Assembly: GCA_054600435.1 (NCBI GenBank)
Contig: BAAIJX010000021.1
Location: 186,001 to 250,000 of the forward strand
Direction of reading: 5' to 3'
Length of the DNA: 64,000 bases
Origin: Neophaeotheca triangularis
Taxonomy: Eukaryota
A model generated the notes under the pieces. It worked only from the letters and a program-made list of their open reading frames with translations. It was not told where the DNA came from and ran no database searches. Positions 38,717 to 50,555 of the stretch are shown here, piece by piece. Position numbers and translations under genes: made by a program. The stretch's first letter is position 1; the number at the start of each line of letters is the position of its first letter.

Positions 38717-39824
38717 TCATTCGGCATAGCTGTGCCATTGCCTCCACAGCTTTTTGTGTTGCTCCAAGAACATGAAAGTGGCAATAGTGTGGGGGCCCAA
38801 CCTCATGAAACTCGGCACCCAGCCTTTGAATGTCCAGGCCAGGCCCTCATTCTTCGTGATTCTTGTGAGCAGACTTATCATCGACTCCTTGCTCTTTGCG
38901 CTCATCACCCGTGTCTTGATCACATCCACTGGGCTACACACCGTTGTTGCAACAAAACCAGCCAGGAACGAAGCAGCAAAATGGGTGTATAGATCATCCT
39001 TCATTCTCGTCCGCTCGAGCAATTGCTCCTTGAAGACATCGTAGCTTGCGAGTTGCGAGGCGGTCATGAGTACTGCGCGCATACTGTTCGGCCATACTCC
39101 TCGGAAGAGGCTGCTTAGACCTTCCTCACGGGACATTCTAATCAGGCCATCGAATGCATGCTTGTAATTTCTGCGTTCGCCTGCTGGGAGAGCGGCATCA
39201 TGCTGCATGCGAACGTTAAGAATGTCGGCCGGATTGCCTGCAATGCCTCCCAAGAAGCCAGAAGTCGACGCCATTGCAACGAGGGTTAAGAAGGAAGGGT
39301 GATGGGTCTCATCGGTTACGACCTCCTTGAGCTCTTCGTAGACCCCAAAACGAGTCATGCTGTAAGTGGATTGGCGAAGTAAAGAGGCCGAGAGCTGAGA
39401 GGTTCAGTGTCAGCAGATAGCTTACGTATCGCGGAAACGACTGCCAACTAACCCCTCGATATACGCCCTTGATACCCTCGCTCTTGATGATGTGGCCGAA
39501 CATCTGTGTCATGTTGCGCCGGGGCCCCTCATGGCTTTGTGTCTGCAGCCTGACCTACGCGACAAGTCAGTCGGATGGTTCGCGGTCGTGCCGTCGAGGG
39601 AGCTCGAAGTCATGGCGGAAGCGCTAGGTACCTTCACCAGGTCTAGAGGATGGGTTACGCATGCTGCCATACAAGCAGCGCTACCTCCGAACCTACAGAA
39701 TGTCAGTGGGGAGTCTCAAATTCTGCACCGCGTGAACTTACCAGAAAGGGTAGTGGATGTGCCCTTGGGGAGCTGTCGCGCTCTGTCGGGCGACATCTCT
39801 ATCTTTTTCATCGGCTTTTGACAT
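38717..39824 (-). CDS. DIC1: Mitochondrial dicarboxylate carrier, multi-intron
   Basis: HYPFW|FGGSAACMAACVTHPLDLVK, GNPADILNVRMQ, SPVDVIKTR carrier signatures; RLGPHT. Confidence 0.9.
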
Positions 39825-40397
39825 GTCTTCTCGGCATTGCAGTCCTGCAACAGCCTTTTGAGTCCCCTGGTTGACGGCCTTTGTAAGGCTGAAGAGGAAG
39901 AGGAAGAAGAAGACTTGGAGGTGGATGCGAAAGGAAAAAGTAAGAGGATGTCGTGCTTCACTTGGTCAGAGCCAGTGGTATTATTGTATGCACGGCATGA
40001 TAGGTATCGATGTGTACCTAGACCTTGGTTGTTGTCGCTAGTGTTGTATCTAGTGGAGCACGGGCGGGCTTGGAGGTTTCCATTTATGACGCAGGCGGCT
40101 CGCTCGCATTCTAAGGTACCTAACCCTACCTAGCCTAGGTAGGTAGAGGTACTGTAGTAAGTCGGGTAGTACTGCCTTACCTAGTATGTGCGCGGTAAGG
40201 TACGCGGCAGATCGCGTGTCGGGTGCCAGGACTTTCTGCAGCGTGTATAGCAGCATAAGATACCTAACTCAGACCTTGATGCTCCCCTCTCTTCTGCAAC
40301 GCCAATGGCTGCACCTACCTATCTACCCTCTACGTGCCAATATCGTTCAATCCTGCAGATTATTGTTTTATCATTGTCACCTGCAGCCGAATGAGAT

Positions 40398-41979
40398 ATG
40401 GTCAGGCTCAGCTGCTCCAATCCGGGCATCTGGGCTCTTCCGGCCAGTGTACGATGCTTGATCCGACCTTTGGCCCCCTCGGCCCGCCGTGAATATGCAT
40501 CTAAGGGTATGGATGGAATCGCTACATGGTCGAGGAGCCTCTGTCATTGAACACATACCTTGACGGTGCTCTTCAGTGTTTCCCACCCGCTGACACCTAT
40601 CCTCAGATGCCTCTCTGACAATCGGTGCAAAATCTTATCCGTCAGATTCCTGGACTAATGTGCCATCTTCGATCCTGTCAAAGTATGGCCGGAGTCTCCA
40701 TGTACAGCAGGATCATCCGCTTTCGATAACAAGGAAACTCGTTGAGTCTCGGTTTCCCGGGTTCCAACATCATAACAACCTGCCTGGCGTTGTCTCTGTT
40801 GACCAAAATTTCGACTCGCTGGGCTTCACGGCTGACCATCCTGGCCGTAGTCGGACAGACACATACTACATCAACAAAGACACCTTGCTTCGCACACATA
40901 CTTCTGCTCACGAAGTTGACGTATTTCGCGCCAACACGAGCGAGGGATACACAATCTCCGCCGATGTCTACCGTCGAGATGCCGTTGACAAGAGTCATTA
41001 CCCAATATTTCACCAAATGGAAGGCGCCCTGACTTGGGATCGCAATGCATTCTCCTCACGGCAAGCTTTGACAGACCACATTATGGCAGACCTCGACAAT
41101 ATCCCGAAGCACGACCTTACCGTGGAAGACAGCAGTCCCACTTTTCATCCTGAGCGAAACCCCTTACAGACAGAACACCACTCGCCTGACGAGGCCGAAG
41201 CTATTGCCACGCATCTCAAGCGCTCTCTAGAGAATGTTGTTGTGGCGATCTTCTCTGAAGCCGACAAAGCTTTGGCTGCTGCCGGCCACGGCTCGCAGGA
41301 CTCGCAAGAACCGCTCAAGGTGCGCTGGGTAGAAGCGTTCTTCCCACATACCTCGCCCTCATGGGAACTCGAAGTCTGGTGGCGAGGCGACTGGCTCGAA
41401 GTGCTTGGATGCGGTGTAGTCGACCAGCCCCTCCTCATACGAGCGGACGTACCTAATAGAGTCGGATGGGCTTTCGGCATGGGCTTAGAGAGGATTGCCA
41501 TGCTTTTGTTTGGTATACCAGACATCCGCCTATTCTGGAGCAAAGACAGTCGCTTCTTGTCGCAATTTGACGAGAGCAGGTCAATCCAACGCTACCAGCC
41601 CTTCAGCAAGCATCCAGCGGCACCGCGTGACGTTGCCTTCTGGCTTCCCATGTCAGGCCCAGTGGTCGCTGATACTCCGGCAACAACAAGTTCTTCGCCT
41701 TCGCCCGCAGGTGGCCAAGCTACAGAACCCACTCTGTCTGATGCTCCCGTATTTCACGAAAACGATCTGATGGAGGTGGTACGAAATGTGGCGGGAGACA
41801 GCGTTGAGGATGTGACACTGGTCGACAGCTTCAAGCACCCGAAGACTGGACGGCAGAGCTTGTGCTACAGGATTGTCTACCGTAGCCTGGAGAAAACGCT
41901 CACCAACGAAGAGGCAAATTCTTTGCATGAGAAGATCCGGCAAGAACTCGCCGCTCGGTCTGGGGTGGAATTGAGATGA
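40398..41979 (+). CDS. MSF1: Mitochondrial phenylalanyl-tRNA synthetase; one intron near 40507-40607
   Basis: Presequence-like exon 1 (MVRLSCSN...ARREYASK); LLRTHTSAHE, YRRDAVD, FHQMEG, FPHTSPSWE, GWAFGMGLERIAM; C-terminal FDX-ACB domain. Confidence 0.93.
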
Positions 41980-42221
41980 AAGGGCAACGTCGTTGTAGCG
42001 TTCCGAGCGGCCACTGTACAATACTTGTAGGCTACCAGTGTAAATTAAGTTAATTGTCCTCTCATCTGTCGTTTGCTATGTGCATGTCCTTCGGCGATCC
42101 AACGCGGAGTTCAGACTCACTCCCGGAGTTAACGGGACTAGCCGTGCTCGCGACCACTTCTCGAGACTTTTGCTCGTGCTGAACGAAGACATCTTGTGCG
42201 ATAAATACCTGATTCTTCTGA

Positions 42222-45200
42222 ATGCGTCCCATCGCCCGACAAAGTGCGCGCCTGGCGCATCGTCAGCAGTTGCGCTCTGCATCGAGGACTCGAAGTCCCC
42301 GTGTGCCTCAAAGTCGAGGAATTAGCTCTTCCGCCCCGAAGCTATCGGAGCCTCGCCCCCCTAACGGATCGCCGGAAGATCACAGCCACCTGGACAGGCG
42401 GAGGGAGGAGCAAAAAAGAGTAACAGCGGAAGGCAGCAGGCCCGAGCAGGCAGAGGATCAAGATGCTGCGGAGACGAAAGCGCAGACAGACAATCGCCGG
42501 CCTGGGCTGAGAAAAACATTGAGGCAACGAAGACAATCGGATGTACCGAAACCGCCGCCTTTGCCGGAGTGGTTTCTGAAGCACAACGTCGAGCTGCGAA
42601 TCGAAGGGCAGGCTTCTGGAGCTAGCCCGCAGACACACAGAAGTATTCATTACGTTGACAAGAAGACTGGGCATACACTCTTTACCGTGCCGTATCTCCC
42701 TGCGCCCGAGTCGTCGTTCGAACCCAGTCCTTCACGCGAAGAACATCACACCTCCCTTGGCGAGAGCAATCCTCCAGCAAACGCAACGGCGGTCCCCAGT
42801 CAGCGAAAGGCGCCGGAAGGGCCGAGCGAAGCAACAAAGAGCGACCAGATCGGCCAGAATTTCTTTGGGTACCGGTTCGGGTCGGAAAGCGCTGAAGCTA
42901 AAGAAGAGGAGGCTGCTCTTACCAATGAGCAGCCTTCACAGGTAAAAAGCGCTCAATCTCAAAAGCACCCCGAAGTCACCCCGGAACCAGAGTCGAAGGG
43001 TCAATTGCCAGAGCGCTGGGAAAAGGAAGAAAGTTCGGGGGAACAGAAAAGAGAGAAAACAAAGCAGAGGCACCCTATCAACATCGAGCATGCTTGGAGT
43101 GTACTGGAGATGGAGGCGGTCGCCCGCGCCGCGATGAACTTGTCGCAAGGCGGTACGCCTGCCTCTAACTTCGCAGTGTCGAGAGTGGACCTGTCGCTCC
43201 ACTGCCCAGATGCAAATACGCACAAGGACATTGACATGCTGGTCCGGTTCCTCGCTATTATAATCCACGCTGATGTGGTAAGGCTCGATGTCAACGACTT
43301 TGCAGATCTTACTAGTGATTACGTCGGCCAAAGCCACGACTCTCCTGGATCGTTCTCCACGCTCGGCTACGATGTGTACGATGGCTACCAGGCCAATAAA
43401 GCGGGAGGTAGCATGAAACCTCCCGCGCCAGATCCTGACAACCAGGACCCAGACTTCGACGACCCAGAAGAGGAACCGGATTTGTCAAAACCTGACGTGC
43501 ATGGCTTCAGTCTGGGGACTTTTGCCAATACGGACGAGTTGAGAAAGATGTTGTACGACAGGCGCCATGAGTTGGGTCAGGCACTCAAGGGAATTGGAAT
43601 ACCAACAGGTACACCTAGTGTTGTTACCACAGCCTCAGCAGCACCTCCCAACGCGCAACAGCAGCCAGCGAAGAAATCATCGACGTCCCCAGGGGACTAT
43701 GTCCAATGGGACGACACGAAACTAGGTGCCTTGTTAGACACCTTGGTCGATGCTGGAAAGAACAAAAGAACCGCCAACCCCGTCCAACAAGCACTGCGTA
43801 GAGACTCTGAGCTTCCGCTTTCACATTGGCGCTCGTTTGTTTCGAGTCTGTTGCAGGAGACTCTGTATGACACAGTCAAAGATTGGGAAGGAACGCAGAT
43901 CGATATTGTCAAAGAACATTCTGGTGCGGCATTCGAGGGCCAGCTCAAGGCAGAAAGCAAGCAAAGAACAATCATACATGTGCGAGATTTGAAAGATATT
44001 CGCAACTCCCGCCTCGGCGATGCAATCGTACGCCGGCTTGTGCGCGTAGTGCAGAAGCGCAGGCGAAACGGAGAAGAAGTGATGATTGTCGGTACGAGTG
44101 CTCAGGAGCCCATTGGGCCCCCGGACACGTTGATCGATGAAGCGGAAGACTCACCATTCCGGAGTATGGTGGTTCATCCGGAATTGATGGACATTTTCGT
44201 AACGTCATTGCCGCCGCGTACGCAAAAACTGTTTGAGTTTGTGCCGGATGACCTTCCGTCAGGCGGCGGCTATCCCAGGATCTTTGAGATCAATGCAAGA
44301 CATATAGACAGCATGCTTCGCCGACTTGCCCCTGGAAGCAACATGATGCTATCAAAGGACTCTTCGGCCCGAAAGATCGTTGGGAGATCTGGACTTGGTT
44401 TCCTGAAGGAGACGGTGCTCTCACTGGATGACGTCCAAAGGCTGGTACTGATCGCTGTCGGATTGGCGCAGACATATGTGGTCACGGACAAGGTCGAGCC
44501 GTATCACATTGGTCTGGCTCGCATTGCAATGACAAGGTCAGATCGGTTCCTCAGGGAGTGGCAGCCCATCAACATCGCACCGTCTCTGGATGCCGTTCTA
44601 GGAAAGGAGGCCAAATCAGATGCTGGCAACGAAAAACCCCAGTCAGGCAAGGCCCGCATAGAGGAACTCAAGAAAAGCTGCAACACTCACGAAACCAAGC
44701 TATTGAGCGGTGTGAAAGACGCAGACAGCATCTCGACCGCTTTCTCTGACGTCCACGCCGCAAAAGAGACAATCGACTCTCTCAAGACTTTAACGTCGCT
44801 TTCTCTCCTCCGACCGGATGCATTCAAATACGGCGTTCTCGCGCGAGACCGTCTACCAGGCCTGCTCCTCTACGGACCCCCCGGAACCGGCAAGACACTC
44901 CTCGCTAAGGCGGTAGCGAAAGAATCTCGCGCCACAGTGCTCGAGGTAAGCGGTGCGCAAATTTACGAAAAATACGTGGGCGAGGGCGAGAAAATGGTCA
45001 ACGCCGTCTTCACGCTGGCGAAGAAGCTGTCGCCCTGCGTAGTCTTCATCGACGAAGCGGACGCGCTGTTTGGCGCGCGCAGCAGCTCCGGGACCCGCAA
45101 CACTCACCGCGAAATCATCAACCAGTTCCTGCGCGGCTGGGACGGCATGGACGACCACGGTGTCTTTATGATGGTCGCCACCAACCGACCCTTTGACCTC

Positions 45201-45673
45201 GACGACGCCGTCCTCCGCCGCTTGCCACGAAGATTGCTCGTCGACCTGCCCATGGCCAAAGACCGCCAGTCCATCCTCGGCATCCACTTACAGAGCGAGG
45301 CGCTCGCGCCCTCTGTCGACCTCGCCGCCCTCTCCGAGCAAACACCCTTCTACTCCGGCTCGGACCTCAAGAACCTCTGCGTCTCGGCCGCGCTAGCCGC
45401 GGTACGGGAAGAAAACGAAGTCGCCGACGCCAACAAGGGAGACCCTGCTTTCAAGCTCCCCTCGACGCGCACCCTCGAAGCCAGGCATTTCGACAAGGCC
45501 ATGGCCGAGGTCAGCGCGAGCATCAGCGAGGACATGAGCTCGCTCAAGGCGATTCGCAAGTTCGACGAGCAGTATGGCGATCGTCGCGAGCGGAGGAAGA
45601 AGTCGACGTATGGGTTCGGTCTGGCGCCGGAGAGCGGTGTGCCGGATGAGAGTGCCGCGCGTGTTAGGCAGGG

Positions 45674-45705
<32 letters not shown>

Positions 45706-45734
45706 CGCCGCCGCCGCCGCCGTCTTCGCCGTGA
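42222..45734 (+). CDS. Large AAA+ ATPase (MSP1/spastin-like ATPase domain), probably mitochondrial, 1170 aa
   Basis: Arg-rich N-terminus; GPPGTGKT, VFIDEAD, ATNRPFDLDDAVLRRLPRR, YSGSDLKNLC. Confidence 0.9.
45675..45722 (+). repeat. Compound (ACG)n(CCG)n coding microsatellite (poly-Thr/poly-Pro)
   Basis: Encodes TTTTTTTTTTPPPPPP at the ATPase C-terminus. Confidence 0.9.
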
Positions 45735-46322
45735 GCGAGAAAGTCTGGTATTTACTCGACTTCTCGCTCGCGCGGGCGTGGTCAGAGGGGTGGGTGAATT
45801 CTTGTAAACATTCAATCATCTATGTACACAATCTCTTGTCATTCACATTGTCGGATTCATGTTCGAATGTTCAAAGGCGGGAAGGAGACAGGAGACCAGA
45901 GGACGTAGTGATGGTAGGTGGTATTACTGATACACGTTTCGTAAAGATGCATCTAGCTAGAGAGAGATAAAAGGGCTAGCGAAAAGAACTGCCCTCGTGG
46001 GCAAGCAAGTACCCAGCAGCAACAGCAGCATCAGCATCAGCATCAGCAAAATTGGTAAAACGCCTCCAGCTCCATGCTAAATCTCCCATCGCAGCAAGCA
46101 GAAGAAAGAAAAAATAGAAACAAAAACAAAAACAAAAACTAAGGTATGTGGTATCTTCGCGCATCAAAACAGATCCCCGGAACCCCCCCACCACTCCTTT
46201 CCCTGCAAACTCCAGACCGTAGTCGCCCTTGTTGGTCATGATAAAACGCCGTGTGTAACATAATCGCGAGTCGAAGCGTGAGCCATGTGTGAGACACAGG
46301 ACAGGTGTATACTGCCCCTACT

Positions 46323-47420
46323 CTAGCCGTCGTGCCGCAAGCAGCGGACGAACCAACTTTCCCACCAGCCACGCAGACCTAGTACAGCCTCTTTTCCATC
46401 GTCGCGCTTGTCGTCGCCGACAGGATCGCCCACGACGGCCGCGAGGAGCCAGTAGACGGCTACGACCCAGGCGGCGACGGCCATGGCCATGCCCAAAAAG
46501 GGCGAGAACAGGTGCGTCACAACGAGCGTGGAGGGGTGGTAAGTGCTGTCGTCATCGGCGTGAGGCGGGAGGGGCGTGTAGACGCAGCGGAGTTGGAGGT
46601 TGAGGGCAGGACCCAGGAGGCCGCCGAGCTGTTGGCTGAAACTCGGTCTTCGTGCGCAGAGGCGAACAGGTTGGGAGAGAGCGGTGATGATGAGAGCGAT
46701 GAGGGTCCAGAGGGCGTTGAGTAGGGAGAGGCCGACGCAAGGAGCTGCGAGGAAACACAGAATGTGCACGGCTTTCTCCTCTTGCAAGCGTAGGCCCTCC
46801 TTGACTTCCGTGTCGTCGTCGTCGTTTTGCGAATACGATTCGCTGACTGCATCGGGAGCGGGAGTGTGGTGCGAATCTTGTCGTTGCTGGTAGTAGACTT
46901 CTTTTTCTGGGTCTCTGTTCAGGTGCCGACTTTGTCTGCTGTGTCTACTTTGGTGCCCACCACTGTGGTGAGTGTGTTTGCTATGCCTGCTGCCCTTGCT
47001 CGACCGCATGTGATCCTGCTCTTTTGCCAGACTCCCCTTCTCGAGATCAATCGAGGAGATGCCGTCGTTCACCGAGCTTCCTCCACCGGACGACGACATG
47101 GAACTCGACTTTTGTGTTTGATATTGGCCTTCTTGCCGTGGCCAAGCATCGGATCGCATTCTGTCGGAAGAAGAGCGGTTGTTTGCTTGCCAGGCGGCCA
47201 CAGCATCACGCGAGGTTGGAGGGATGATAGCGTCTTTGGACAGACATGGTTTGGGAGGGTTGTGTGAATGTTGGGAGGCGGCGAAGGGATCCGAGCATGT
47301 GGAGGAGGGCGAAGTGAAGGGATCCTCTTTCGGGTGACGCTGTTGGTGGCAATTTTGCTGGTATTGTTGCTCGTGCAAGGGAAGGGTATTGTGGTTCGGT
47401 GCCAAGGCTACGTCGGGCAT
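46323..47420 (-). CDS. Hypothetical membrane protein (365 aa), disordered N-terminus and 2-3 TM segments
   Basis: Long ORF with DLEKG/DPEK motifs typical of fungal membrane-protein tails and two hydrophobic blocks; ends LRGWWESWF. Confidence 0.75.
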   Translation of the reverse strand: MPDVALAPNHNTLPLHEQQYQQNCHQQRHPKEDPFTSPSSTCSDPFAASQHSHNPPKPCLSKDAIIPPTSRDAVAAWQANNRSSSDRMRSDAWPRQEGQYQTQKSSSMSSSGGGSSVNDGISSIDLEKGSLAKEQDHMRSSKGSRHSKHTHHSGGHQSRHSRQSRHLNRDPEKEVYYQQRQDSHHTPAPDAVSESYSQNDDDDTEVKEGLRLQEEKAVHILCFLAAPCVGLSLLNALWTLIALIITALSQPVRLCARRPSFSQQLGGLLGPALNLQLRCVYTPLPPHADDDSTYHPSTLVVTHLFSPFLGMAMAVAAWVVAVYWLLAAVVGDPVGDDKRDDGKEAVLGLRGWWESWFVRCLRHDG

Positions 47421-49030
47421 GATGTCGCGCGGTCTCTGTCGCAGTTCTCACTAGCCGGCCTGATTCCGCTCATGGGTTGGAAGGGTGGTAATATTGGTGA
47501 GCGGGGCAGGACATGGACGGTCGCTAGTCGTAGGCGAAGTGATGGCTGTCGTAGTGAGCGGTGGTGGTGGAGGTGGTAACGGTGGTGTTGGTGGTGGAGG
47601 TGGTGGTGGTGGTAGTGGTGGTGATGGTGCAGTGAATGGTGCAGCGGAGGGGGTTGCTGCAGAGGCTGCGTGGCGGAGAGGAGGGAGGCATCTAAGTATG
47701 TGTGCATGTGCATGTTTGCGGCCATACGACGACGTCTTGTCGACTCTCGGCTCCAAGCCTTGGAGTTTGTGCTCTACGACTCCAAGCCAAGACGCCAAGC
47801 AGCGCGCAGCCAATGCGCGGCGGGGATCGCGAGGTGCGAGACTAAGCAGAGTCTTGTCGCCGTGTCGCCGCCCTTTGCCCTGTCACCGTGTCCGTGTGGC
47901 GGCCACGGCGGGATGCAGGGCGCGGCGCGTCCAAGGTCTACCAAGGTCTCCAAACTTGTCCAAGGGGGTTGTCGGTCCTTGTGTCTTGTCATCGTCGTCG
48001 TCGTCGTCTTCTCCCTCCGCCGAGAAGGCTGAGCTGTCTCGTCGTGACGCCCAAGAAGGACGAGCCAAGCAAAGTCAGTCAGGCACAACACCACCACATC
48101 CGAGTCCTCCTCCGCCTCCACCCACCCATTCAAACAAGTCCCCAAATTTCCAAGTCTCGCGGCGACAAGTCCGATAGATAACAGATGAACAGTATTATCT
48201 GGTGATACAGCACAAAATCACGTCCATATTACCGGCATTAGACAAAACAGCAGATTTTTTAGCGTCGACCTGCCCTGCTGATCTTCCTCTCACATCTACC
48301 ACCGTCCATGTTCCGCGTATCCCGTACCTTGTATTCGTCCAACGCGACAATGATGATAATAATCACTTGTATAATACAGTACACAGTACACTACATTAGA
48401 TACATACCGCGACACTCCAAAAATTCTCCCAACTGATGAACAATGCGACTACCACTCATTATTTCTTCTTCGGCTTTTCCCACTCCCATCACATCTCCTT
48501 TCGGGAATACCCATGCCGTATGCCATGCCTCTCAGGGTAACATGACAAGCCTGAAGCCACCACCTCTGCCCCCTCCCCAAGACGTAGCATCGCATCGTCC
48601 CCGGACGGATTTTCACTTCAGCCAAAACAGGCCCCCTCCCGGAAGCTAGACTTTGGCGCAGCGGGCCACAACGAGCAAAGCCAGTAAGTAGTTGGCAGCA
48701 GCACCCACCCTAGGGTCGGTCCCCACTGTCCCCAGCCTCAAGGCTTGAAGTCTTGAGACTCTGAGATAGTCTTGTCTTGGAAGAGGGAAAATGCGCGATG
48801 CCCAGTCCAGAGAGCAAAAAAACGCCAACCCATGACGCTGAGCCCTTGTTCCGAAGTCGCACTCGGCGACGGAAAGCGCCATCAAGTAGATAAGGTCGTC
48901 AAGATTCAACGGCACGGAAGTTTCCTAAAGGTACTAGCATTCATTACATGTAGGTGTACTTCTAGTCTAGCTAGTGGTTATATAGACAATGGACATCTCC
49001 GGGGGGGATTAACTTATTATTGAGAATGGC

Positions 49031-49120
49031 TAGGTAAGGTAGGTAAGGTAGGTATCCACATGTAGGTTAGATAGGTAGGTAGGTAGGTAGGTAGGTAGGT
49101 AGGTAGGTAGGTAGGTAGGT
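49031..49120 (+). repeat. (TAGG)n tetranucleotide microsatellite
   Basis: About 12 perfect TAGG units (49072-49120) plus a degenerate flank. Confidence 0.9.
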
Positions 49121-50555
49121 AATGCCATGGCGTTGGGCGATGGTTTTCTTCTCGGCGGCCCACTCATAAGGCTGGCATTGGCAAGGCTGAGACTCGGAAG
49201 AAGCAAACTGGAAGTAGTGCTCGTCACTGCCATGGCCCATGGAGCATGTCGGCGAAGAAAAAGAGTAGTACAGGGTAATAATAAGAATAATAATAATAAG
49301 ACTTTCAAAATCGCAGGCTTGACTCTTGCTGTTTTCCCGATTGATTCTATCAGACGATGAATACTATCTACATCCACGGATGGCAACCTCGAAAAGATTA
49401 CCTAGGTATTACAGTAGAGACGGATGATGATGTCGGCCGCGACGGCATCCTCATCCCGAGAGCCAATCCGCGCCAATAAAACCGCCGTGGCCGCCTACGG
49501 TAATAACCCAACTCGATCATCCTCCATTCCTTCAAAGGCAAAAGCCCGCAACGGTCATCATGAACGAGATATTATTATTATTATTATTACTACTGATCAT
49601 CCTCGCCACGCGAGCTAACTACGCGGACGGAACGTTGCGTCGCGTCCTGCCCTATACTGCACATCACCCAGGCGGATAAAGGTATTAATTATTCAATTAT
49701 TGTATGTGGGTAAGAACCAACTTACCACAGGCATGAGACGACCGGCCATTATTATTCGTCTCGCTCGTTTGATAGACAGGCAATCAAACGCCTTGGTCCT
49801 GCACTTCATCTTGGTCTTTATTCCTATTCCTGCCGTACCCAAGACGGACGGGCTTTTTCTGGATGGCCGTCTCGGCCAATTGGAAATCCATTGCAACGGT
49901 ATGTCGCTGGGCGTGCCCTTTTCTTCGCTCGTCTCCAAGCGTTTGGCAAGAGGCCGTGAGTGCCTACATAGTATTTGTCCGCTGTCTACGTTGTACATTG
50001 CACTCGAGAGATTGGGGGGCTCTAGATGTTCAAAGCAATGCCCGAATCACCACAGCATGGAACCGCGATACTGGTGGATGAGAATTCAATTGTAGCAAAA
50101 GAAGCATTGTGTGTGCCTAATACTACTCTGCCCTAATAACAAAACGTCTTGTCTACACTGCCCATAGCAAGGGCTCAACAGCCCAGCAGTGCCACGCCCA
50201 CTGAGCCCGACGCAGTAGTCAGGCCTGCACTCCCTCCTGTGGCCGAGCATAGCAGCGCAGCCGCCGCGACTGACGAGACCCCCCACTTTACAAAGGCGTG
50301 AGAAAACGCCAATTCTTGTAAAGCATCCCCGCTGCACGTCGCCAATGAAAAAAAAAAGCCCCCCCGCCAGGGCTAGAACGCCGCGCCTGCAAGCCATGCC
50401 TCCTCTGAAACGCTCAAACTCCTAAGCCATGCGTGATGCCTCCCCCGTCCCCATTACAGTCTCCGAATCTTTCCCTTCCCCCAACATGCTACATCGAACT
50501 AAAAAGTCTGGTGGGCACCGAGATTTTCCTACCCCCTCTCCGACAACCATCACTT

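Noticed and set aside
47408..48181. Gly-, His- and Pro-rich ORFs (e.g. 230 aa at 47485)
   Set aside because: They derive from (GGT)n and (TCG)n low-complexity tracts upstream of the 46323-47420 gene; no family signal
48200..50550. Long intergenic region with (TAGG)n, (AAT)n and (ATT)n tracts, considered as ncRNA, CRISPR-like or telomeric array
   Set aside because: Simple microsatellites with no spacers, not TTAGGG, and no RNA gene recognisable by eye; an Rfam search would be needed to exclude one
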